Position numbers and translations under genes: made by a program. DNA of 63,949 nucleotides, filler included, from Craspedostauros australis (lineage: Eukaryota): assembly GCA_030167865.1 (NCBI GenBank). It is 10 parts of 10 records of this genome, joined end to end, with 100 filler letters (N's around TTAATTAATTAA, not from the genome) between each part and the next. Parts side by side here need not be neighbours in the genome. Positions count along the whole stretch, not along the records: positions 9,896 to 30,539 come from JALAGF010003745.1; positions 30,640 to 32,649 come from JALAGF010003746.1; 8 more parts are not named here. One strand, given 5' to 3'. Below the pieces are notes generated by a model that had not been told where the DNA came from, did not search any database, and saw only the letters and a list, made by a program, of their open reading frames with translations. Shown here in pieces: positions 22,701 through 32,749 of this stretch (position 1 is the first letter of the stretch; every line of letters begins with the position of its first letter).

Positions 22701-24151
22701 ACTGGAAGAAGTCAGCCAAATCTGTCGACGGCGCCTTGGCCATTAGCGAAGATGAGCCGCTGGATGTGGACTACGAAGAAAAGGACGACGAGAACGACGA
22801 GATCGATGAAGCCGCAGTCGAGGCGCTGCACAAGCAGTTGAAGGAGTACGGCATGAGCCCCACGCTGGAAGTCTCACCAGACTTTGCCGATGCCATCAGC
22901 ATCATGTCCTTCACGGATGAGTCCTACCTGCACGATTTGCGCAATCAGATCCACAACAACGAGGCGACGCATCGGGAGCTCAAGTTGGAAGAGGCCATCG
23001 AGATGTTCCAACGCGTGTGCATCGAGAAGAATATCCCCGAGAGCGAAGAGCTGTTGCTGATGATCTACGAACAGCTTCTGAAGGAGTCGGAAGAGGACCG
23101 CAAGCAGAGTCTCCTGAAGATGGCAGATCAGCTGACCAAGGCGGAGAGCATGGCAGAGATCAAGCGCAAGCAGGAGAGCGGCGACACGGACAGCAGCAAC
23201 GTGGACATGATCAAGGTGCTGGCGATGCTGCGGGACGACGACGAAATCCTCGAGACCTTGGACGTGGACGCGTTGGAGGCGCAGGCCAACAAGGCCAACA
23301 GGGAGGGTGACGGAGTTGCAGTGGAGCTCGTGCGGGCAACAGAACGTCTCCAACGGAACGAGGTTGAGCTCACCGAACTGCGGCGCCAGCTGAACCTGAT
23401 GGAGAACGACGCGGACGCCGTGGACCACCTGCGAACCGAGTTACAGACGCACCTTGACGGCCAGGCTGTAACCGTGGATAACTTGAAGGAGGAGCTCGCC
23501 GTCACGCTGGAGAAGCTGAACAAGAAGGATGAAACCATCGCCTACATGCAGCAGCAGATCGAGAAGCTCACCGAAGAGGGTGGCGGAGCCGATGCTAAAC
23601 GCGTGCGACGCTTGGAACGCGACATTGAGAAGCTCAAGAAGGCCAACGAGGAGCTCGAGAAGGATCTGTCGGTAGCACGGCTGGAAGTGGAGGAGCTGCG
23701 GGCCGGCACGCAGGAGCGATCGTACTTCGGACGCAAGGCGTTTGGCGGCAAGCCGAACACGACCGCGCATTCCATCAATTCCAACACGACGCCCACCACC
23801 ATGGCGGCCACGCTGACCCCCATCAGCAGCCGCGAGAAGCTGGCGGCGATGGCCTTCGAGCCTGTGGATCAAGCATCCGCCGTGGAGGCTGCCGAGAAGG
23901 CCGCGGCCGCCGCCGGTGCGCTCAGCGCTCCCGGTGGAAAGGGCAACGGGTGGTGGAACAACATGAAGACGCCCAAGCCCGGCGTCAGCGGCAACGTCCC
24001 ACCCAAACGCAGGATCGGGCGTTTCGGATTCGGCGGTCCCAAGTCGATGCTGCCGCCAACCCTCAGCGATTCGATGGAGGACGAAAGCCGCCACAGCAAC
24101 AATCAGCAGAAAGGGAAGCTTCCGACGCTCGATATGTCGCGGCATACATGA
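19778..24151 (+). CDS. Large low-complexity / coiled-coil protein with poly-Lys and poly-Asp/Glu tracts, 1457 aa
   Basis: 4.4-kb uninterrupted ORF with coding-like codon usage; heptad-rich segments (e.g. ERDQLKKENTSLRKRLD, LERDIEKLKKANEELEKDL); four K6-K13 runs; no signal peptide or TM seen. Confidence 0.85.
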   Translation: MNTSRPTTRKKKKKKTTRKRRDEDSDSDNEDDLRRHDDFDEDEHSDRLLPLSSQRSAKSRASSTASSTRTPNGTVIRKKKKKKKKKKKKKRGKLTPEALTAVPANPKLYDVDEEEESYPWELDDNGNADNADNNANANDNDNNKLTYDDTDEEDNPFRSKSPDDDTTDDDSLDPEHQRPNPRQRQKQRSQPVQAQQRPQRTRGVPPPPPMSSPQATPTDDGLRDPHADGPVRKRPARKKKKKKKSTSVTLEDMFMNTPDDADDADRMDHAPAAMTQRARQISIRQEDYPHNRKVNPITAAFKAPFQKSLSRQLQEQKQSHFAEIDKEKMFKHKESPVAGRKTARKAAQLVDSPDQPIGRGLPHSALDQFRSLNARSSDEEGGPIAAKSKHNPMMTTGHSQRLSTIEIIASMERSSGNVATDNQALESPRRTSSRVGKFGFAAPKLAGVTKTGKALTHLFTRTLGGNQPSSRNIVPDDDDDDEMIDFEAEVAKAEARLAAKSPKPAPPPTVRMRPRPGSKSEDAAPRRKKTSSIMIKLPIMQQERDQLKKENTSLRKRLDWALQEVEAITQKTTELAQSQSQLEKIQADLKRAEDAEQNLQSRVDELEESVMEKDMHIYSLEESLDQAGLMGTRGTSAQHIMQAQRQSHELELIDEMTSDLKNAQDEFDGLFVNDEDDEDLHELSQDLNDTMERRSSHHSLRDEEGLGDHSGHSFFGGESQEKEWLQDTAAQSLMGKKSAGNRFRNGGALSASRHRRSSSSNDPLGQSSHHAGRANPHLAVEHHKRKVFQQLRKTRVAESEDAKQKDDTIKQLQDKIKDMERTHGRPMQELVEENKVLRQEIADLKTTGTVRIRRQQQQQPPGSESNRTRRKKKKKKKKKTKQSKKPKHSEFDDDDDDDDDYRFRFNLDDTDSEEENEESSYEYETESEISESFAVDDGEDFHASDPAAANGEEYEIGAGGIEQAQAMLKSFRIKDWKKSAKSVDGALAISEDEPLDVDYEEKDDENDEIDEAAVEALHKQLKEYGMSPTLEVSPDFADAISIMSFTDESYLHDLRNQIHNNEATHRELKLEEAIEMFQRVCIEKNIPESEELLLMIYEQLLKESEEDRKQSLLKMADQLTKAESMAEIKRKQESGDTDSSNVDMIKVLAMLRDDDEILETLDVDALEAQANKANREGDGVAVELVRATERLQRNEVELTELRRQLNLMENDADAVDHLRTELQTHLDGQAVTVDNLKEELAVTLEKLNKKDETIAYMQQQIEKLTEEGGGADAKRVRRLERDIEKLKKANEELEKDLSVARLEVEELRAGTQERSYFGRKAFGGKPNTTAHSINSNTTPTTMAATLTPISSREKLAAMAFEPVDQASAVEAAEKAAAAAGALSAPGGKGNGWWNNMKTPKPGVSGNVPPKRRIGRFGFGGPKSMLPPTLSDSMEDESRHSNNQQKGKLPTLDMSRHT

Positions 24152-24981
24152 TCCTTCATAGATTCTCGGTGTCCAGGAGAGCCAGGGAAAGAGAGAGGCA
24201 TAGACGCATTGCAAATGTATAGTGCCGGCATTCCGTTGTTACACCATACCACAGCATCCGAGCTACCATTCGATGGCTCCCTCTCTGGAGATAGACTTGC
24301 ATTTCGATAGCAAAATACCCGACCGGCACACTTACCAGCGAGGGGGTTGCATCTTCGCACAAGACATGCGCCGACTCGTGCATTTGTCAGAGTGAGCTTG
24401 CGGGTGAGGATGAGATCCACGTTTGTGGTGATGGATGTACAGCAGGGGTGTCAAAATCAACTCCAGCGCCCTCTGGCCTTGTCGAAGTTCGTGCGTGCCG
24501 ATGCTCGATTTTGCGCACGCTGCTTCCTGTTTCTTGGTTGGCAAACCGGCATGGTGTTTTGTGTTGTGGCGAATAGCTTGTTTCTACTTTGATGATGTTC
24601 AGATTTATTGACCCCGTGCCCGGAACTTCTGTATAACGTGTACCGCATTCTGTTCATAATATTTTTGGGCGGCTACGACGCCGAGACATGGTATGCAGTT
24701 TTGGAGTCACATTGTTGAATTTGGAATCGTGGTCGCCGCTCGCACACTACTATCACGGAAATGTTGATCGCTCTTGCGGCCATGATTCGCCAGAGTTCAC
24801 GCCACCATGAAATTCAGGCGGGTGCGATGGATGTCGCTGATGCCAATGCGTCCAATGCGCACCCATCATCTCCTCTCCTCTCTTCTCACAAAAACAGCAA
24901 CAGCAATAACGACAACAGCAATAACAACAACGACACACGCATCAGACGAATACGTACATACTTTGGCGGCCGTACTCACTC

Positions 24982-26052
24982 ATGAATCCTCACAGTACAG
25001 CGACCACAATGGCGCCCACCCAAAGACAAAGCCCGCGACGAAACAAGGACTTCGCTCAACAGCTGCAAGAGCAACAACGTCGAATGCAGCGGCGCAGCAC
25101 CCTGCGGCAGTCGCAGTTGATGCGTGCCCGGTCCTACAAACGCCTCGGCCTGGACCTCAGGCAATCATTCCGACGCCCCAACGCAATGGCATGCTCATAC
25201 AATCGACGCAGCTCAATGATCAATGATGGATACTCAAGGCTAGTGCAGCGATCCGCGAGAGCGGCGCAGTTGTTCTCCTCCATTGTCGTTCTTCTAATGG
25301 TCGCCATGGCGGGCCGAAACGTGCACACAGCAATCATGAAACGCAAGGTCGTGATCCCAGACTCAATGTTCATCCCCGGTGGAGGAGGTTCCGCCCTGTT
25401 CCACAGGTTCGGCCAGCTCAAGAGCATCCCCCGAGAGCGGCTGCTGAGCCAAACCAACGTGTGCAACTCGGCTGGTTGCATCGCCCTCGTCGCCGTCCTG
25501 CTCGATTGGAGCGAAGATCAGCTCCTCGATGTCGCCGAAACCTTCCAACAAAAGTACTCCGACGGAACGTATCACCGACAAGAGTTCACACCTCGCGTCA
25601 TCGATACGCTCCTGCAGCACATTCCATCCGAACCGCAGCAAGCCCCAGAATGGTTGTCCAACATTCGCGTCCTCACAACGACATCGAACACATTGCAAGA
25701 GGCCGACAACGAGCCGCTCTCTCTGCTGCAGATTGCCTCATCGCTTTTGACGATGCGAACTGTCATCACCACGCCGTCCAACAAGGAAGAGCTGCGCGAG
25801 GTCATGGTGCAGTCCGCATGGATCCCAGTCGCCCTCGCGCCGTCCTTCCACCACAATGGCCACAACGATGGCTTCTTCTCCGCATTCGATCATCCCGAGT
25901 GCTCGCACCGCGTCGCGCCAAACAACAACCTGAGCATGCTCCTGCATGTTCTCAACACAGGCATGAGCAAGTCGAAGCAAAAGGAGTTCATTGCGATGGG
26001 AAAAGAATTCGGCATCGACGCATCAATCGTGACCACGTCCCGGGAGCAATGA
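24982..26052 (+). CDS. Patatin-like phospholipase domain protein with N-terminal membrane anchor, 356 aa
   Basis: TM LFSSIVVLLMVAMAG; Gly loop IPGGGGS (~25372-25392); nucleophile elbow CNSAGC (25462-25479); SAWIP; DGFF (25867-25878). The start could instead be the ATG at 25009. Confidence 0.68.
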   Translation: MNPHSTATTMAPTQRQSPRRNKDFAQQLQEQQRRMQRRSTLRQSQLMRARSYKRLGLDLRQSFRRPNAMACSYNRRSSMINDGYSRLVQRSARAAQLFSSIVVLLMVAMAGRNVHTAIMKRKVVIPDSMFIPGGGGSALFHRFGQLKSIPRERLLSQTNVCNSAGCIALVAVLLDWSEDQLLDVAETFQQKYSDGTYHRQEFTPRVIDTLLQHIPSEPQQAPEWLSNIRVLTTTSNTLQEADNEPLSLLQIASSLLTMRTVITTPSNKEELREVMVQSAWIPVALAPSFHHNGHNDGFFSAFDHPECSHRVAPNNNLSMLLHVLNTGMSKSKQKEFIAMGKEFGIDASIVTTSREQ

Positions 26053-27435
26053 TTCGGTGGGCCAATCACTGGATGTGACGCTTGTTGGGGTAACGTTGGG
26101 GGATCATTTTTGCACGTACTAATGGCGAGTACAGAGAAGTACAGTAATACAATTGCTACATGAATATAATACATAATAGCATGTACCATGGGTTGTACGC
26201 TGTCAAAGCAAGGCAACAAAAAGCAAACGCTCTACGCCACGAACACTTACGCAATTCCATGGAGACAAATGGAACTGCAAACGTAGATGGGGTCAAGTGA
26301 GACCAAGGGGAAGGCGGTTCGGAGGCATAGCTGGCACAGCCCACAATACTAACTTGGGTCTGTTGCCAATGAGTGGCTTGCATCCAATGCACTGACACCG
26401 AGATTTCTTTCCAGGTGTCCCGAGGAGATGCGTTGCTTGCTGATCCGGTGCTTAGCCTCTGCTCCAGATCAGCAGAGCGTGATGTCGTGTGCAGAAGCGA
26501 AGCAACAGCAGCGATCCAAGCCGCAGCTCAGTCTGATTTTCCGGGCCACGCAGCATTCCCTCCGAACACAATACGACCTATCCATACATAGCTCGTACAC
26601 CGCAATCACTCTCCAAAGGAATGGTACGATTTAAGTAGAAGCAGAAGAGGTCGCGGCACGCTATTTTCTTGCGATCCTATTTCTCCCAAACCGGGCGACC
26701 TTGAAGCAACGGTGAGAACGGAGAAGGTATTCAACTCTGAGTTGGGGAGGGGCCTTTCCTATCCATCATTGCCACATCTCTGGTTCACTTCAGGCTTCCC
26801 TCGTCGGACGTATTACTTCTCCCATGCAAACATGGAAGCGCATCATGGTCATGGGGGTCCACACCAAAACCAAGCCGCCCAAGCCTAAAGCAATCGTCAA
26901 AAGCGCACACCCAATCAGCGCTCTCCTTCAAAATGCTTGCAGCTGGTAGAATACTGATCTAGCGCGCGCCAGGTGTCTGATCTGATGGATGCAATGCAGA
27001 GTGACCGGACGAGATGGGTATTGGCCAATCATCGATGTTCGCTGATCCATGATGATTTCTGTTTGTCACGTCCTCGCCATGGTGGGGCCGAAGTCAACCG
27101 TCGCAATAATGGAATGGCGCAACAGCAACGATGACAGCACCTTCACAGGTATGGAGGCTGTCGTGATCAGTGGAACGTTGGAATCTCTATCTCTGGTCTT
27201 TGTTTGGTACAATATTATATTATATAATCGATCACGAGTAGAATGAATGCAAAACTGGATGGAGGTTCCCGGGTTTGACATAGCGAATGTTCGATTTGTG
27301 CAATCGTATAATAGTATGGTAGCGCGTGGTTGTCGTTGCCGCTGTGGTGGGCTACTCGGACCTTCGAGAATGGTTTGTAGGGACGGTATCTGGGCAAATG
27401 GTGCGCTCGTGCTCCACCATGCGGAGAAGGCGACG

Positions 27436-28899
27436 CTACCATACATCACAGGAATCCAGGGCCTTCGAGGGAGCTGCGCTCTTCGGAGATTCATCGGTGT
27501 ACGAGAGGGATTGAGTCGATCCATCCGACAATTCCTCATCTGTCGTTTCCAACGTGACTTTATCGTCGAACTCGTTCGCCAGTGTTGGGAAAAACGTGTC
27601 ATTGGGTGATGGTTTGCGTCGTGGGTGCCACCACTGCCGACGCTGCTGTCGTTTCTGCTGCGTGCCAGAATCGGAACGTCGTTGTTCCGGCTCGTGGTCT
27701 TGTTGCTGTCGTTGTTCCCACTGAAGCTCCTGCTCTCTCTGTCGTTGCCGCTGCAGCCTCTGCTGCTGCCGTTGTTGCTGCTGCTCCCATCTCCATCCTC
27801 CCCGCGCGTACGCCTTGACGCCATTGCGGACATCTGATGTAGATTCACCCCAATGCCGTGCCCCACACCACTGCTGCCTCCCGCGTTCCGGTCGACCCAT
27901 TGCAGCAGCTCCCCCTGGAATCGAATCTGGTCTTTGAATGCCTCTGCCGTCATGCGTTTGGTTGTTCTCATGGCCGTCATGGTTCTGATGGTTGGCATGG
28001 TTAGCATGGTTGGCATCCCCATAATTGCCTTCGCTGTTGTCGTGGCCAGTGTCATCGTTATATCCATGTGGCATCTGCGCAGTCGAGCCAACGCCCACAG
28101 ACTTCCTGCGGATGGGCACGAAGAGGTTCGAATCGCTGATGTGACGCACCATCGTCTTCTGACCGCGGACGATTGCCCATGTGCCCAAAGGGACATCGCG
28201 AATTTTGGCCGGGGTGAGATTGCTGAGACTTGCAGTCTTCCTGGCATTCACCATGGCATCGTGCCTTCCTTGAAACTGAGCAAGTGACGCAATGGGATGC
28301 TGCTGCCGTCCACCAACGGAATCCCATCGACAAGGCCGCGATGATGTTTGTGTGCCGCACGAGCGCAGCGGCCACAACCCAAGATTGGCAAGGTAGTCTC
28401 TTCGTTGCTGCCGTCGTCTTTGACACCGTTCTCTTTTTGCCTCCTGCAATTGCCCAGTTTGTGATTGGCGAAACGAAGGAGCACGGCCAGTGGCAGATGA
28501 CGACGAGGACGATGAAGATGACACTGCCAACTCAGGCGCAGTCGAGGATGCAGCGGAACTGGATGCAGCTCGATCCGCAGATTCCTCATCCAAGCGACAG
28601 AGAAGGCTGTCCGACGGAAGCTTTGCGCGGTCCTGAATCACTACTATCGATGCAGACCTTGCATTCTCTCCTTGACTTGTCTGTTCAGCAGACTCTAATC
28701 GAGTGATGGTGTCATCAGCCTCTTGCTGCTGTTCGTGTTGCTGTTGCTGTTGCTGATCATGCTGATCATGCTGATCATGCTGTTCATGCTGTTCATGCTG
28801 TTCATCATGTTGTTGATCGTGATCAAGCATGAGACTGCGGATATGCGCTCGCCATGATGGCAGCGATGGTGAAGATGGTGCTGCTCCCGTTGATTGCAT
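27436..28899 (-). CDS. Low-complexity Q/H/S-rich hypothetical protein, 487 aa
   Basis: Long ATG ORF with in-frame 9-bp repeats (HEQ/HDQ, HAN) and short motifs IQDRAK, CRWDS, VPIRRKS. The 3' end may be spliced (GTATGG just before the stop). Confidence 0.55.
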   Translation of the reverse strand: MQSTGAAPSSPSLPSWRAHIRSLMLDHDQQHDEQHEQHEQHDQHDQHDQQQQQQHEQQQEADDTITRLESAEQTSQGENARSASIVVIQDRAKLPSDSLLCRLDEESADRAASSSAASSTAPELAVSSSSSSSSSATGRAPSFRQSQTGQLQEAKRERCQRRRQQRRDYLANLGLWPLRSCGTQTSSRPCRWDSVGGRQQHPIASLAQFQGRHDAMVNARKTASLSNLTPAKIRDVPLGTWAIVRGQKTMVRHISDSNLFVPIRRKSVGVGSTAQMPHGYNDDTGHDNSEGNYGDANHANHANHQNHDGHENNQTHDGRGIQRPDSIPGGAAAMGRPERGRQQWCGARHWGESTSDVRNGVKAYARGGWRWEQQQQRQQQRLQRQRQREQELQWEQRQQQDHEPEQRRSDSGTQQKRQQRRQWWHPRRKPSPNDTFFPTLANEFDDKVTLETTDEELSDGSTQSLSYTDESPKSAAPSKALDSCDVW

Positions 28900-30539
28900 A
28901 ACGGTAACATATGGTGTAGTGCTATACGATACAGTACGAGTTGGTAGAATATTGCAGATAATTGCACAGTATTGCAGATCTCAGTTGCCTTGTGTTATGC
29001 GGTATGGTGTGTGAAGTGCGAGCACCTGTATTGTATTGTGCAAAGCTCGTGTGTGTCTTCTAATCGTGTGTTTGTGCTTGCGTTCAAGTCGTATTGTGTG
29101 ACTCTTCCTTCTTTCTCCGTGTGGAAACTCGTGCTCCATCACGGGTGCTCTGGCCAGCATTCATTCTATTCGTGGTAGTAATCTGACCGTGGTTGTGGCC
29201 GGAGGTCAGTTCCTTGGGTTCTGCACTTCTGCTGCAGCCTTCCACATCCCAGCACTTTCTTCGCTCGCTCTTGTCGCAGTCAACGCCGAATGTGCGAATT
29301 GGGAGGATGAACTCACGCGCACACACCACTTCGTCTGCGCACCACTTTGGGTGACATCATGAACACCTTTTGTGATCGTGATGAGGTGTTTTTGTCACTT
29401 TCGACGGCCCCAATGTTTTGTACGTGGTCCCCACCCGCAGCGATGGGATGCAAAAGGACTCCTTCCTTTGTTGGCCCTGACGTGAGTGACTGCGGCTTTG
29501 TTCTCCTTGAGCCGCATGAACGACATTACAGGTTGCAGCCCTGTGTGTCAACTATGACGCCCTGCGAAACATCCAAGAAACAGAACCGAAACCAACACCG
29601 AACAGGACCGTCGTTCCGATCGCGTCCGCAGCACTCTCGCGCCCAGAACCCTTTCTTGACGAACGATTGATGCGGTCGAGCTGATTGGTGGGGCGCGAAC
29701 CTTGCAATCTGGCCACACACCACCCAAGTCCCACAGTTCGAATTATCATCGTGCGTTTGCATCGAATGACAACTCCATAAACAAGAAATCATGAAGAAGG
29801 TCATGAAAAATGATACAATGTCCTTCAATCTGGCCACAAAGTCGACACCGTCGCAGCGCGACACCTTGATGTCGCTTCTTCGTACAGGCTTCATGCGACT
29901 TCATGGTCGTGGACCGCGTCGATGTCTCCAATCTTGCATCGCATCTCTCTCGATGTATCACGAAAGCCGCAGCGATACTCATGGCATCGGAGAGAAGCGA
30001 CAACCGACAGGTATCTTGGACTGACCTTGTGTCAAAGTGTGCGATACAACTGTTACAGTAGTACCGGAGAGTGCCACAGAGACACTTGGGCACAAGAACG
30101 GGAGCAAGACCAACAGATCAGCATTCGCCAAACCACCAAAGGAACGAAAGTCACCGGCCTGCGAGGTTGGCGTCGCTGCGCGGTCAGCCATGTCCTCGAG
30201 ATCGTGTGGTGCGACTATGCTACGAGCTCCAGATCGCAGTTGATGCACTCACGATAACACTAGTTGTGGAGTTTTGGCCCCTTGTTGCCACTGGTTTGCT
30301 TGCTTTTGGGAGAATCGGCGATTGGGTATTTAGAGCTATTGTGTGTTTGCTCTCGCTGATCCGTCTTCTACGTCACAGGGAACGTATTCCACGTCATGAA
30401 AAACGAGTCACAACAGAGGAAGAGACATCGTGTGACTCTTCCTCCGCAAGACAACATGATGACTGCGTGCGGCAACAACAGAATGTGCCAGGCCAGGACA
30501 GCCAACAACACTCCACGTTGACCAGTCTCACAATGGAAA

Positions 30540-30639
30540 NNNNNNNNNNNNNNNNNNNNNNNNNNNNNNNNNNNNNNNNNNNNTTAATTAATTAANNNNN
30601 NNNNNNNNNNNNNNNNNNNNNNNNNNNNNNNNNNNNNNN
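30540..30639. other. Artificial contig spacer
   Basis: N44-TTAATTAATTAA-N44. Confidence 0.98.
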
Positions 30640-31028
30640 CGTTGCAGCGCGGCTGCCGGAGATCGAGATTCCAATCCTCTCAGGCAGTCGTCGGCGGCAG
30701 CAATAGTAGTGATTGTGCTTGCAGTATCTGTCGGCAATGGCCCATTGCCCGCTGGATCGGGCGTGCGCAATTCGGAGGCACCGATTGCTCTTGCCTTCGC
30801 CATGGTGGCATGTGTGGTCTCGTCACGGGCGACTCGGCACAGCAGACGATTGTCTTTCTTCTGCAGCTTGGCCAATTCGCGTTTGGAAAACCAGAGCTGT
30901 TGCTTCTCGTCGTCAGTGTACGAACTTCTGGATTCGATGTCGATGACTACGTTCTGACTCTCCGCGAAGCTCACGAAGCGTGCGCTGGTGCTGGTGGAGC
31001 TGGCAGTGCTGCTGGTGCTGGGAGTCAT
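30640..31028 (-). CDS. CxRGLE-motif protein, 5' part (third copy, cut by the spacer)
   Basis: Identical to the first ~129 codons of copies A and B. Confidence 0.75.
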
Positions 31029-31868
31029 GGTGAGTGGGTTTCGTGGAGAGTAAGCAGAAGTGCAGAGAGTGGAGTATAGTATGCTGTCTGTGGCAATGTT
31101 TGTATTGTTGTTGGTGTGCTAAGAGGAGATGTTGGATTTTGTGAGGACTGCAATCATGGAAGACTCGGAGACATCAGCGTAACGATGTGAATCAGTCACA
31201 GAAGAAGGAACATAGTGATGATCTGTCTACCATGGGCAGACATGGCGGCTGTTGATTCATCTCCACATGAATTGGCGTGCCTTCTCTTCTTTGATGTGAG
31301 GAATCATGGAGCAGGCCCATCGACCATCGTTGTTGGTGGCAGAATTATCGGATGGAAATTGTGGCGAACAGAGGCTTCGCATCGAATTGTGAGATCGTGA
31401 ATCCCAATGACACGGTGAGACAGGTACACCGGCCCACGAGATCATGGCGAAAGTATTGGTGTTGATACTTCGAGACAAAGATGTCAAGGAAGAGGAGCAA
31501 ACATGCGCACTTTTGGAACGAACGTCGCCCAACTTCAATGCGGGATGGATGGGGAGACTGTGTGGAGATAGGTGCGAAGAGCGTCCTTTCGTGGATACTG
31601 ACATCGTCAAGGCGGATCTTATCGCAGTTATTGTCTACGATGATCCTATACGATCTATCCAAATCAGGACCCACCTTTTCTACCTCACTTCTTGATCTGT
31701 CTGAGATCTTTCCTTGTTCAGATCCTGTTTAAGATTGACGGGGTAGCGAAACAGCAAAGCAAGCCAGAGGTTGCAGACAGACAAGCAGAGAAACGAATGG
31801 GCTGCGATCTTTCATAGTTCGTGGGACGAGACAGGCACAGGATGCGTTGGTATTGCACTTCCGCCGCG

Positions 31869-31894
31869 CTCTCTCTCTCTCTCTCTCTCTCTCT
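31869..31894 (+). repeat. (CT)n microsatellite
   Basis: Read directly. Confidence 0.9.
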
Positions 31895-32401
31895 GGGCTT
31901 CCGGATACTCGCGCGCTTCATGCTTCTGGTCACCTTTGTGTCGGGTAGAAGATCGACTTCAGATTACGAGTAGCCTGTCGTTTCTCTCGACTCGTGCACT
32001 GCAAGTGGAGGGCAAGGGCACTCCAGACAGAACGCGGGATACAGAATGCTGCATCTCTCTCTCTCCATCTCAACTCGTTGTCATCAATCCATGAGCGTTT
32101 CACCTCTCAACTATAGCTCTGCCACGCACTTGTGCACCAAAGTTCAACAGGCTCAACGTCACTCTCATACAGACAACGTTGCTACAACAACGAGCCAGGT
32201 TCTGCACGTCTCTCGGCTGCGCGAATGTCTGCAGGAGTCGCTTTGCGTTCTTCCCCCCAAACACGATGGAGAATTCTGAGAATCGGAAATACTAGACTAG
32301 GCTAGGCTACAGTAGTAGGACCATTGTGAAAATTTGATTGTGAAGTTGATTTTATGCAGTTAGCGGATAGAGCTGAATGGAGAACGCGTGGATCAGGTGA
32401 T

Positions 32402-32649
32402 CTACTGTCTTCGGCTGTGGGTGCGGCCCTGCGCGCCAACTGGTGGCCGCCTGGTTGTCTGGCCAACCTGCTTCGATCGTGTTGGTGAGAGGGATCTGCC
32501 ACCGCCAATCCTCTTCGTGATGGCTTCCGCTTGCAACCTCGCCTCCTTCTCTTTCTTCGCGAGGGAGCGTCGTCGTTTTCTCTCGGCGTCCATCTCTGCG
32601 GCTTCCGGGATACAGGCGGCGTCCTGCTTGCCAACCTTCCTCGCTGTCT
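32402..32649 (-). CDS. 3' end of a diverged paralog of the CxRGLE-motif protein (5' part lost in the spacer)
   Basis: Frame open from the contig edge: TARKVGKQDAACIPEAAEMDAERKRRRSLAKKEK aligns with QARNRAKADEAGIPEVVAMNKAKKRRAMEKKLK of copies A/B. Confidence 0.6.
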
Positions 32650-32749
32650 NNNNNNNNNNNNNNNNNNNNNNNNNNNNNNNNNNNNNNNNNNNNTTAATTA
32701 ATTAANNNNNNNNNNNNNNNNNNNNNNNNNNNNNNNNNNNNNNNNNNNN
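32650..32749. other. Artificial contig spacer
   Basis: N44-TTAATTAATTAA-N44. Confidence 0.98.

Noticed and set aside
14953..24151. Functional link between the tRNA-Lys(CUU) pair and the neighbouring AAG-rich poly-Lys gene
   Set aside because: tRNAs act in trans after nuclear export, so proximity offers no mechanism; treated as coincidence.
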